The translations under genes were made by a program, and so were the position numbers. Under the pieces are notes generated by a model that saw only the letters and a list, made by a program, of their open reading frames with translations, made no database searches and was not told where the DNA came from. Of a stretch of 64,000 nucleotides of DNA, positions 1-8,886 are shown piece by piece. Position 1 is the stretch's first letter, and each line of letters begins with the position of its first letter. Location: the IMG/VR virus record IMGVR_UViG_3300031707_000003, positions 32,001-96,000 of that record. The stretch is one strand, 5' to 3'. Source of the DNA: a virus.

Positions 1-2
1 AC

Positions 3-632
3 AACAAGAGGGTCCTCCTCCCTCACGCTCTCGTCATGCACATCAACCCTCAAACGTGGTCAGAGACCCATAACAAAAAGGTCGAACGCATCCAGACACG
101 TGGGGGTTGGGTCGAGCAGCACTGGGGGGACGATCTCACCGAGATCAGTGCGGACGGCTCTACGGGCGCGTTCATGAACATCTACACGGGCCTGACGAGC
201 GTTCTCAGGCACCGGACGATCGCATGGGACAGGTACCGCGATCTCCACGACCTCTACCGAAACAACGGGTCTCTCTACGACCCCTTCGGCAACATTGTCC
301 TCCAAGGGAACGTGATGCTCATGTACGACCGAGGGACGTACATCGGGTACTTCAACAAGTTCGACGTCGAGGAGACGGATGATCAACCCTTCGCCTTCAA
401 GATGTCGTGGACCTTCAAGGTTCAAGAGGAGCTGATGAAGATCCCTGGGCTGGTGCAGGCTCCCTCTCAGCGAGGCCTCGTGGGTAACGCCCCCGCCTTC
501 CAGCGCCAAAACGCGACCATCCCGAGGAGCACGCCGAACACAAATCTCGCGCAGACCAACGAGTTCAATGCTGCGGCAGCGCAGGCTCTTTCTGATTCGG
601 CAAAGGCGCAAGCAGCGAAGGTGGCGGAGTAG
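3..632 (+). CDS. Tail-tube-initiator/baseplate-hub-like protein (5' partial)
   Basis: The frame is open from the window start (NKRVLLPHALVMHINPQ...). Motifs 'HINP', 'EQHWG', 'YRNNG' and 'YIGYF...F...W.F.V' align with the C-terminal domain of the next ORF. It sits directly upstream of the hub and spike genes. Confidence 0.6.
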   Translation, partial: NKRVLLPHALVMHINPQTWSETHNKKVERIQTRGGWVEQHWGDDLTEISADGSTGAFMNIYTGLTSVLRHRTIAWDRYRDLHDLYRNNGSLYDPFGNIVLQGNVMLMYDRGTYIGYFNKFDVEETDDQPFAFKMSWTFKVQEELMKIPGLVQAPSQRGLVGNAPAFQRQNATIPRSTPNTNLAQTNEFNAAAAQALSDSAKAQAAKVAE

Positions 633-635
633 GTC

Positions 636-2552
636 ATGGCAAATTCACCGAACGCTACCAACCAGCCGGCGGCTACCAACCAGCCGATCAACGAGCAGAT
701 CGAAGCAGCGGCGGACTATTACGAGCCAGCGCTCTACGAGCTGCTCACGTTCTACTCCGCGCTACAGCTCCAGAACGATGAAGCGAGCGGGCAGTTCATC
801 CCGCTCACCTCGGTCAAAGATAGGAGGCCAAGTGAGGTCAAGATTTTCGCAGTGGGGCTCATCCCCCCGTCGGCGAACATCTCCGGCCGCCTTCTTGATC
901 GTTCGGCCACAGTCGCCACTTTGGAGGGCCCACCTAAGCAGCAGGGGGCGATCGACACCTCCGTGGATCAATCGGGTGTTAAGGGGACGGGCTCGGTTCC
1001 GATGGGACCTAAATCGTCTTCTGATCCGAACTTCTGGCCCCAGTTCGTGGCGATGAGCAATCGTCTTGGGTGTGAGGCTGACGCTCTCGCACAGGTGATC
1101 CAATCTGAAAGCGGGTTTCACCCAGATGCTATCGCATGGCGTGACAAGGATGGTAAGCAATGTGCGAGAGGTCTCCCTCCGTACAACCCCCAAGGAGATT
1201 CTTGTCAGCCCGTCGCTAAAGGGCTGAACCAACTCACCTTCGCGACAGCCGTAGGGGTGAAACAAAAAGACGGCACCTTCAAGCAGGGTTTGGGGATGTC
1301 CCCTGAAGAATGGGCCACTTACGAACAGCAATCAGATGTGCAGCAGTTGAAGTGGGTGGAGAAGTACATGCAGGGTGTTGGGGTGCGGGGTAAAACCGCT
1401 GCCCAAATTTACTGCTCGAATTTCGGGTCGTACAACAACCCCAACGGTTCGATGTATGATGGCAGCATCCCGAAGCAAGCGGCGGCGTACAAGGCCAACA
1501 TCGGTCTCGATAAAGGAAAAAAAGGCTACATCACGCCAGACGACCTAGCGTCGAGCATGCGACCCTTGGCCCCCGGCCGTCTGGCCGCTATCAATGCAGC
1601 ACGTTCAGGATTGGGTATGTCCGCGAAGGCCGTCCCTAAAATAGCGGGGGACGCACAAGCGGCGAATGCGTGGCAGGGGAATGGGTCCAATAACGCTGGC
1701 GAGGCGGCCAAGAACCTTGCTCAGACGTCGGGCAAGAACCTCAACCTGACCGGTCTCGGGAAGCAGTTCTTGGGTGCTCAGCTCGCGACGATCAAAGAGC
1801 TGCAAAGGCGGATCGACGATATCAAGAACACGCCTCCGCTCCGACTGCTCGTCAACCCGACGTCGTTCAAGAACGGGTTGGAGAAGATCCTCAACGATGG
1901 AAATTGGGGCCGTAACGGACCCATCGTTGAGCATTGGGGTGAACAGCAAGACAAGCTCGAAGCCTCAGGGAAGGTCGCAGCCTTCTACTCGCTCGATGCG
2001 GTCGGCGGCCCGAATCAAGAGGGCGATGCGGGAAACGGTCCCGGTCTCGGGCGAACAGCTCGGCAGTTCTCCGCGAGCTATCAGAACCTCTTGTCGCTTT
2101 GGTTGATCTACAAGAACAACGGAGGGATCTGGCTCTCCGACCTCACGGAAGCCGTTAGCACCAAGCCGAAGAGTCTTTACCTCTTGGGGTCTGTCTACAT
2201 CTATTACGATGACATCCTTTACATCGGCTCGTTCGACAGCTTCAACCTCAACGAAGAAGAGGGCGTCCCCTTCTCTTTGACGTACGACTTCTCCTTCACG
2301 GTTCGGGCTTCGTTCCTCCTCGATCGCACGTCTGTTTCCCCGTTGGAGGCATCGCAAGGTACCCCGTACGGGGCATCGCAGTTCTTCCAGGGCCAGTTCC
2401 GGCCTCCGACGACGGGAAGTCCGACATCCCCCTTGTCTTCGACTCCGACCAACAACCCGCAGCCATCTCCGAACGTTGCTCTGCCTCCAGGTATTGCTGC
2501 CGATATTGCTGCTCAACGTGGTAGTTCTACGGGCTCCCGAGGGGGCGCATAA
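636..2552 (+). CDS. Virion protein with a lysozyme-like/lytic transglycosylase domain fused to a tube-initiator-like domain
   Basis: Lysozyme-superfamily pattern 'IQSESGF...AKGLNQL...QLKWVEKY...YKANIGLD..KKGYIT' at about 1030-1560 (putative catalytic Glu codon at 1107). The C-terminal domain (about 1830-2305) is paralogous to ORF 3-632. Confidence 0.7.
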   Translation: MANSPNATNQPAATNQPINEQIEAAADYYEPALYELLTFYSALQLQNDEASGQFIPLTSVKDRRPSEVKIFAVGLIPPSANISGRLLDRSATVATLEGPPKQQGAIDTSVDQSGVKGTGSVPMGPKSSSDPNFWPQFVAMSNRLGCEADALAQVIQSESGFHPDAIAWRDKDGKQCARGLPPYNPQGDSCQPVAKGLNQLTFATAVGVKQKDGTFKQGLGMSPEEWATYEQQSDVQQLKWVEKYMQGVGVRGKTAAQIYCSNFGSYNNPNGSMYDGSIPKQAAAYKANIGLDKGKKGYITPDDLASSMRPLAPGRLAAINAARSGLGMSAKAVPKIAGDAQAANAWQGNGSNNAGEAAKNLAQTSGKNLNLTGLGKQFLGAQLATIKELQRRIDDIKNTPPLRLLVNPTSFKNGLEKILNDGNWGRNGPIVEHWGEQQDKLEASGKVAAFYSLDAVGGPNQEGDAGNGPGLGRTARQFSASYQNLLSLWLIYKNNGGIWLSDLTEAVSTKPKSLYLLGSVYIYYDDILYIGSFDSFNLNEEEGVPFSLTYDFSFTVRASFLLDRTSVSPLEASQGTPYGASQFFQGQFRPPTTGSPTSPLSSTPTNNPQPSPNVALPPGIAADIAAQRGSSTGSRGGA

Positions 2553-5500
2553 TGGCCAGAAGCCCGTTCTCAGGGACTTTCCAGCCGAACGCTCGTCCGA
2601 CGGTCGTGACGGCCCCGGATGCGTTGGTCTACATCAACGGCGAGGCGGAGGTCATCGGTTGCCCGCAGTGCAACCGCTTCTTCGACTTCAACAAATACAT
2701 CACGTCGGTCCAGGTCGATCTGAGCATCGACAGCGTTCCGGGCAGTGCCTCATTGAGTCTCTCGGTGCCGAGGCACACGATCGACGACTTCTACTTTGAC
2801 GGCAACCCCGTCATCACTCCCATGATGGAGGTCGAAATCTTCGCCAAGGGGTACTACCTCGTCGAAGGGCTCCCCCAGTACTACCCGATCTTTTGGGGCG
2901 TCGTTACGGAGGTCTCCGACGACTACTCCAGCGGCGAGCATACGGTCAGTATCCACTGCGCAGACATCCTGAAGTGGTGGGAACTGTGCAAGATGAACAT
3001 CAACCCTGCCTATACGGCGCCCAAGGGGCAGCAAGGGTCGAGCATCTTCGGCAACGTCTACTTCGGAATGAACCCCTACGACGTGATCTGGAGCCTCGCG
3101 CTCCAATCGTACGGGGACGTCCTGGTCGGCACCGGCTCGCTTGTTTCGCTCGTCAAAGAGCAAAGTCAACGGCCCACGTTCGACGCCGCCCTGTCCGATC
3201 TCATGCTGTACTGGGAGCAGCGCTTCTCGCGCGTCCGGTCGAATCTCCTCCTCTACGGAACGAACGGGGTTGCGGTTCGTGGTGATTCGCTCAACCAGGA
3301 ATACAGTCGTGTTGGGAACACCGGGACCGCCGAGAAGCCGAGCCATTTCGCTTCGGCCGCCGTGCGTAACGCCAATGGTGGTGCCGATGGCGGCCAGATG
3401 GTCTTCGACCCTACCGACCCCGGAGTGGTGGCGTTCCGTACGCAGTTCCAACAAGCGGGACAGATCAACCTTTGGCAGACGGAATACCAGACGAAGTTGG
3501 AGCTTGCGCATGCGGCGAAAGAAGCTGCCGGCTTCGAGTTCTACATGGACGTCGATGGTACGATCGTCTTCAAGCCGCCGTTCTACAACCTGGACATCCT
3601 CGCCAACAAGCCGGTGAGTTGGATCCAGGACATCGACATTATCGAATGGGGACTCTCCGAATCGGAGTCCGAGGTCGTCACGCAAGTCGTGATGCAGGGA
3701 TCCATGTACGGGGCCACGGATTACGGCCTCGATGAAAGCTTGACTCCGTTCACCTCGGTCACCGACTACCACTTGCTCCGGAAGTACGGCTGGCGTTCCC
3801 AGAATTACAACTCCGAGTTCCTCGGTGACCCCCAGCTCATGTTTTACCATGGGATGGATGTCATGGATCGCTTGAACGCGCGTCGGCACCGGGGGAACGT
3901 GACCATCCCTCTCCGTCCTGAGCTGCGTCTCGGGTTCCCTATCTACCTCGCCCCCAAAGATCAGATGTGGTACGTCTCGGGGATCTCGCACAACATCGCC
4001 TTTGGCGGTCGGGCGTCCACGACGCTCACGCTCACGGCAAAGCGGTCGAAGTTCATTGCACCCAAAGGCATCGGGACGATCAATCTGACCGGATTTAAGG
4101 GGACTACTCCATCTCCCGCCCAGATCAGCAAAAACGTCAAACTATCGTTCCCGTATACCTCAAAGCAACTCTCCAAGGGGGCTCAATTCAAGCTGAAAGT
4201 TGGAGGCGCGGCCACGCTCCCTCCGACTCAGGCTGCAATTGATGGTGCCTCTACGGGTGGAGACAACCCCTACGATCCTCTCGTCCTCCGGCACCCCAAA
4301 ACAGGACGCATCGTCGGATACCCCAACGTTGTCATGGCCTACACGCGGCCATTCGCCCCTGCGAATGAAGGTATCAAAGAAGCTGCCGGAGAGAAAACCA
4401 AACCAAACCCCCAAGCCTCTAAGGCATCGGCCGGTAGGGCCAAAGCTGTTGCCGCACAAGGTGAGGCAGAGCTAACCAGGTTCACGACGACGGCAACCGA
4501 CAGGCTCAAAGAGAAGCATTTGACGAATCGGTACCAGTACGGGTTGAACTCGGCTGGTGTGTACATCTACGCGCATGACAACTCGATGGATGGTGCGGGC
4601 GTCATCGGGGAGATCCTCACCCTTCCCACGGCGAACGTGACGATCGATCCACCGGACACGGCCAAGAACATCACCCTCCGGGGTAAGACCAGCATGATCC
4701 GTCCGGTGTCGGATGAGCGAGGCTTCGAGGTCATCGGTCACTTCCGCTATGGGCGCCGGGTCTCTCTCAGAGACGGGCGCCTCGTCCTCACGGGGAACGT
4801 CAACGACAAGACCAACATCGACCTGCAACTCGCTCTGTCCGGCGGCCTTTTTGAGACACTCGCGGCCCAATCGCAAGGGCTTACTACAATTCAATCAGCG
4901 TATCCGAACCCCGCGACGTCGTTGGCAACGCTTTCTCCTGAGGATCAACAGACGGCAGGTATCATCACGAACCCGGAGACTAAGGCGGTCAAGTTTACCG
5001 ACGTCGGTGACACCTTCGTCGATACGGCACCTCTGGGGTCGCCTGCTCAGAAGGGCACCGCTGCGAGCGTAGAGGCGGGGCAGCTCTCTCGTGCGCTCAC
5101 GCTCGCGGAGCTTACGATCAAAGAGGCGTACAGTCAGAAGCAAGGCGGTGATGACTGCCCCTGCGTGATCGGTCGGGCGGACTTGGCCTTCATCAACGTG
5201 GGCTACCAGGTGAAGATCCTCAACACGTCGTCCTCCGACACCACTGGCCTTTACGGCCAAAACTTCGTCAATTCAGAAGGGAAACCCCAAGAACTCGGAC
5301 CTATTACCGCAGGCGCGTCCCAATCACTGGACGGGACGATCTCTGGTACTCAAGCCGCTATTGAAATACTGGGCGATCAGCGTTCGGAAGCGATCCTACA
5401 AGCTTCTAAGGTATTCACGGACCCCAAGTCCACCAACGCTGACAAAATGAGGGCGGACAACGAGGTCAAGGACCTTCAACGTCGAATTGACTTGGCCCAA

Positions 5501-6100
5501 AAGGATAACACTGAGGCCAAAGCGAAGCGGAGTGCGTTGACGAGAGAGTCCACCACCAGTGGGACGGGGGGCCCCGCCGTGAAAAGGCCTGAGCTTCAAG
5601 ATCGGGTCGAGACATTCCTCACCGATCTCTACATGAAGCTCGATGGCCCTCATCAAACGTACGAGCACGCTATCCGTGGTGACCTTCGACCCGGCGGGGC
5701 TGGGCCCAACGGCACCAACCCCGATGTTGAGTTCGAACCGCCTGCACCATCGGAGTTTGCGCCTCCGTTTTCGGCTCCCGCTCGCTTTGCCGTCGGAGAC
5801 CCGAATGCCATCGCCCTTCAGGCGAGCACGGCAACCGACGATCTCTCCAAGGCCTGGAGTGACTTCGGGAGTAAGCTGAAGGGGAACGCGGAGAAGGCGG
5901 GGCTTAACCAAGAGATCGCGAACGACAAGAGAGACTTGACCCGTCTCCAGAAACAGCGAGCTGAGTTGCAAGCATCGGTTGATGCCCACTCGGCAGTCAT
6001 CCCGAGTCCGCAGAGTCGGATCAACGCACTCGACGCTGACATCCGACGGTTGCAGCAGGAGATCGCCAACGATCAGGCGAAGCTGAACACTATTAAGTAA
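2552..6100 (+). CDS. Baseplate hub protein (gp27/gpD-like) with a long C-terminal extension and coiled coil
   Basis: Hub-type motifs 'IFWGVVTEVSDD', 'GFEFYMDVDGTIVFKPPFY' and 'GNVTIPLRPELRLGFPI...WYVSGISH...TTLTL'. TAATG coupling to the upstream gene; lies immediately before the spike gene. Confidence 0.75.
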   Translation: MARSPFSGTFQPNARPTVVTAPDALVYINGEAEVIGCPQCNRFFDFNKYITSVQVDLSIDSVPGSASLSLSVPRHTIDDFYFDGNPVITPMMEVEIFAKGYYLVEGLPQYYPIFWGVVTEVSDDYSSGEHTVSIHCADILKWWELCKMNINPAYTAPKGQQGSSIFGNVYFGMNPYDVIWSLALQSYGDVLVGTGSLVSLVKEQSQRPTFDAALSDLMLYWEQRFSRVRSNLLLYGTNGVAVRGDSLNQEYSRVGNTGTAEKPSHFASAAVRNANGGADGGQMVFDPTDPGVVAFRTQFQQAGQINLWQTEYQTKLELAHAAKEAAGFEFYMDVDGTIVFKPPFYNLDILANKPVSWIQDIDIIEWGLSESESEVVTQVVMQGSMYGATDYGLDESLTPFTSVTDYHLLRKYGWRSQNYNSEFLGDPQLMFYHGMDVMDRLNARRHRGNVTIPLRPELRLGFPIYLAPKDQMWYVSGISHNIAFGGRASTTLTLTAKRSKFIAPKGIGTINLTGFKGTTPSPAQISKNVKLSFPYTSKQLSKGAQFKLKVGGAATLPPTQAAIDGASTGGDNPYDPLVLRHPKTGRIVGYPNVVMAYTRPFAPANEGIKEAAGEKTKPNPQASKASAGRAKAVAAQGEAELTRFTTTATDRLKEKHLTNRYQYGLNSAGVYIYAHDNSMDGAGVIGEILTLPTANVTIDPPDTAKNITLRGKTSMIRPVSDERGFEVIGHFRYGRRVSLRDGRLVLTGNVNDKTNIDLQLALSGGLFETLAAQSQGLTTIQSAYPNPATSLATLSPEDQQTAGIITNPETKAVKFTDVGDTFVDTAPLGSPAQKGTAASVEAGQLSRALTLAELTIKEAYSQKQGGDDCPCVIGRADLAFINVGYQVKILNTSSSDTTGLYGQNFVNSEGKPQELGPITAGASQSLDGTISGTQAAIEILGDQRSEAILQASKVFTDPKSTNADKMRADNEVKDLQRRIDLAQKDNTEAKAKRSALTRESTTSGTGGPAVKRPELQDRVETFLTDLYMKLDGPHQTYEHAIRGDLRPGGAGPNGTNPDVEFEPPAPSEFAPPFSAPARFAVGDPNAIALQASTATDDLSKAWSDFGSKLKGNAEKAGLNQEIANDKRDLTRLQKQRAELQASVDAHSAVIPSPQSRINALDADIRRLQQEIANDQAKLNTIK

Positions 6101-6110
6101 CCGAGGCGCA

Positions 6111-8282
6111 ATGAACAGCGGCATCCCCAAGTACGCCTCCGGGCATCATATCGGCAAAGAGTTCGTTGCCGGGGGGGATCCTTATGGCCTGAAGATAGGG
6201 CTCATCACACGCGTCGATGAGCTGATGATGAAGGCGGACGTGAAGATCATCACCGGCGGTGGTGGTGACCGCCACGAGATCGATCTCACCCAGGCGATGA
6301 CGGGCCCCCGTAGCTTTTGGGGGGGCATACCTGAAGTCAACTCGGTGGTCATCATCGGGTACCGTCGAAGGCACAAGAATCTCCACGAGGCGGTGATCCT
6401 CGGTTACCTCCCTGTCGGCAACCGCATTGCGCTCAAGTTTGATCCTCTCACCCCGGACGACCCCACCAACGTCGACGCTGAGGACAAGGAACTCTTCGAG
6501 GCGATCTTCGGCGGGACGATCCGTTACAAGCGACTGAAGATCCGTCCTGGCAACGTCGGTGGGATGTCCTCGGAGGGGTCGGAGCTAGTGCTCTCCAAGG
6601 ACATCCGCATGGTTAATCGTGCGGGCGACCTCTTCGAGCTTCGAGACGCTGAGCGGGCGATCGTCGCGCAGTCGATCCACCGGGTTGAGAACGAGGCGGG
6701 TGTCCTTCGCCTCTCTGGTCCTGTTCGCCGAGGCGGGCTCTTCCTTCCCTCCGACATCTTCCGCAAGGATGGCGTGACCCTCAAGGATGCGGCGGCCCCC
6801 GAACGCTACTTCGGGCGAACGATCCTCAAACGCTTCACGAACGCGTCGGCTCAAGTCCTCAACGTTTTCAACGACACAACGTCCTTCCCGCCTGTCACGT
6901 ACTCGAACGGGAGGCGGGTTTCGTACCCAGTCACAACACCCGCTGTGAATTTCGAGGACCCGGACACGGGGGGTGGCTCCGAGCCCTTTACCGAGTGGCG
7001 CATGGAGATGCTCCACTCGACCGATTGCGTTCAGGAGGTCCGCGAAGAAATCGACGGGCTGCTGATGGACCGCAAGCCGCTCTACATCGAGCACGTCATG
7101 GGCACGGTCGTCGGTAACGACACGTCGAACGAGACGGGGCTGAGGCAATACGGCAAGGTCCTACGTCCCAAGGTCTTCGATGACTTTGAATCGACCCGTC
7201 CCGGCATCTTCGCTCTCGAAGAATGTCCACGTGCTCCGACGGACGATCTCGAATCGACCACGACGGCGGGTGCCTACCTATTTCGTATGAACCCCCCACC
7301 TCAAGTCGGTGGCGCTACGGACAACAGCGTTTTCGCGGTGGCGGTCTCGAAACAGGGGAAGCTCTTCGTCAACATCCCTGGGTCGAGGGTCGAGCGTTAC
7401 CCCTCAGGGACCAAGAACGTCTCCGCTGAAGTGAACATGGATGGCGCCCTGAAAATGCGCTGTGGGGCCGCTACCCCGGATGGCATCGCGCTTCACCTCA
7501 CGCTTGAAGGTGGCGCGGTCTTTGACTTCCGTGGCGGTGCTGCGGGTAAGGGCTTGGAATTCCGAAGCCACTCATCGATGAACTTCTCTACCGTCGGTCC
7601 TCAGGACACGGAGAGTGATGGCTTCGCGTGGACCGAGGACCACCAGGGCAACAAGTACGTCGCGACCTCGGGTGACATCGTTCAGAACGTCGGCGGCGGT
7701 AAGGCCACAACGGTCAACGGATCGTACGCCATTATGAGTGATCGCTGGAACTTGAACGCTCACTCGGGCGCCTCTCAAAACGTTGGGCAGATGGACTTCA
7801 TGTGCTCGGGCAAGAGCCAGTACCAGTACGCCTTGGCCGTCCTGGAGACCATCGTGTTGGGCGGAAAAGTCTCGACGATTCTTGCGGGAGGCCTGATCGA
7901 GAATCTCCTCGCGGGGGCACGTTCGATCGTCGTGGCAGCCGGGGCGATGTCTACAGCAGTTGCGGCTGGAGGTTACGCGGTCACGGTTGGAGCCGGTGGC
8001 ATCACGATGACGGCTGGGGCCGGAGCCGTGGCTATCACTGCCGGGGCCGGCGCAGTCGCCATCACGGGGGGCCTTGCTGTTGCAATCACGGCAGGTCTTG
8101 CGATCAACCTGACGTCTCCCGTAGCGGTCATCCTGACCTCTCTTCAGGTGCTTGTTGGCGGGCCTGCTGCCGTCCTTGGTGTAGCTCGGGGAGCCCCGAT
8201 AATGCCTCCTGGTACGCCAAGCTTGTGTTGGATCACTGCCCTCCCCCTTATGGGCTCTGCCACCTTCCGAAGTCTACTTTAA
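6111..8282 (+). CDS. Baseplate central spike (gp5/gpV-like)
   Basis: N-terminal OB-fold-like segment 'GLITRVD...GGIPEVNSVVIIGY...AVILGY'; C-terminal Gly/Ala/Val/Thr beta-helix repeats (GAVAITAG); follows the hub gene. Confidence 0.75.
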   Translation: MNSGIPKYASGHHIGKEFVAGGDPYGLKIGLITRVDELMMKADVKIITGGGGDRHEIDLTQAMTGPRSFWGGIPEVNSVVIIGYRRRHKNLHEAVILGYLPVGNRIALKFDPLTPDDPTNVDAEDKELFEAIFGGTIRYKRLKIRPGNVGGMSSEGSELVLSKDIRMVNRAGDLFELRDAERAIVAQSIHRVENEAGVLRLSGPVRRGGLFLPSDIFRKDGVTLKDAAAPERYFGRTILKRFTNASAQVLNVFNDTTSFPPVTYSNGRRVSYPVTTPAVNFEDPDTGGGSEPFTEWRMEMLHSTDCVQEVREEIDGLLMDRKPLYIEHVMGTVVGNDTSNETGLRQYGKVLRPKVFDDFESTRPGIFALEECPRAPTDDLESTTTAGAYLFRMNPPPQVGGATDNSVFAVAVSKQGKLFVNIPGSRVERYPSGTKNVSAEVNMDGALKMRCGAATPDGIALHLTLEGGAVFDFRGGAAGKGLEFRSHSSMNFSTVGPQDTESDGFAWTEDHQGNKYVATSGDIVQNVGGGKATTVNGSYAIMSDRWNLNAHSGASQNVGQMDFMCSGKSQYQYALAVLETIVLGGKVSTILAGGLIENLLAGARSIVVAAGAMSTAVAAGGYAVTVGAGGITMTAGAGAVAITAGAGAVAITGGLAVAITAGLAINLTSPVAVILTSLQVLVGGPAAVLGVARGAPIMPPGTPSLCWITALPLMGSATFRSLL
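7968..8115 (+). repeat. Coding tandem 8-9 aa repeats (GAVAITAGA-like) of the spike beta-helix
   Basis: Translation GGYAVTVGAGGITMTAGAGAVAITAGAGAVAITGGLAVAITAGLAINLT. Confidence 0.8.
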
Positions 8283-8295
8283 CTTCGCACGCCTG

Positions 8296-8871
8296 ATGCC
8301 CCTCAATCCTTCAGCTCTTACGCCGCTTATCGCGGTCAACCTCATCTCGACGCTTCAAATTGGGACCGGGATGCCCAAACTCGCGCTCGGTATCGCGACG
8401 GGTGTGTGCACCTTTTTCGGCACGTTCGCGAAGGTCACCTCGATCGATACAGGTTCCCTTGGGGCTGGGAACACGACCGCACCCCTCATCGTGCCGCCTC
8501 CACTGCTGTACTCGTCGATCCTCGTGGGTTACGCCTCGATGGGCATTCTCGGGCCAATGGCACCGCTGAATGCGCTTGGTGTAGCCAACGGGATTGCCGC
8601 CGGACTCGCTGCTCTCGCTATCGTGCAAGTCGTTCATCCGGGCATCGGGCTTGGGACCGGGCTCATGCGTGTCGTAGGTAGCTCGGCTGTTCCTGCGATG
8701 ATCGCAGGATTCGCCACTGTACAGATGGTTAACGACGGCTCGATTAAGCTTGCTTCAGCGATCGGCATCGGGCTCGACATCGTTTTTCAGAGTTTCGTTA
8801 TGCCTATACCTATTGTCGGGTCCGCTTCTCCGGCCGGCGGAGCTGGGGTCGGTTTCGGGTTCGTCATATGA
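8296..8871 (+). CDS. Hydrophobic Gly-rich virion protein, possibly spike-associated
   Basis: 191 aa with very few charged residues, an internally repeated helix (KLALGIATGV / LGVANGIAAG / KLASAIGIGL), located directly after the spike gene. Confidence 0.6.
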   Translation: MPLNPSALTPLIAVNLISTLQIGTGMPKLALGIATGVCTFFGTFAKVTSIDTGSLGAGNTTAPLIVPPPLLYSSILVGYASMGILGPMAPLNALGVANGIAAGLAALAIVQVVHPGIGLGTGLMRVVGSSAVPAMIAGFATVQMVNDGSIKLASAIGIGLDIVFQSFVMPIPIVGSASPAGGAGVGFGFVI

Positions 8872-8886
8872 GATTGGATTGATCGG

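Noticed and set aside
1511-1526. A-rich slippery-looking run (GGA AAA AAA GGC)
   Set aside because: It encodes the KGKKG of the lysozyme-like domain motif; there is no evident stimulatory structure or useful alternative frame.
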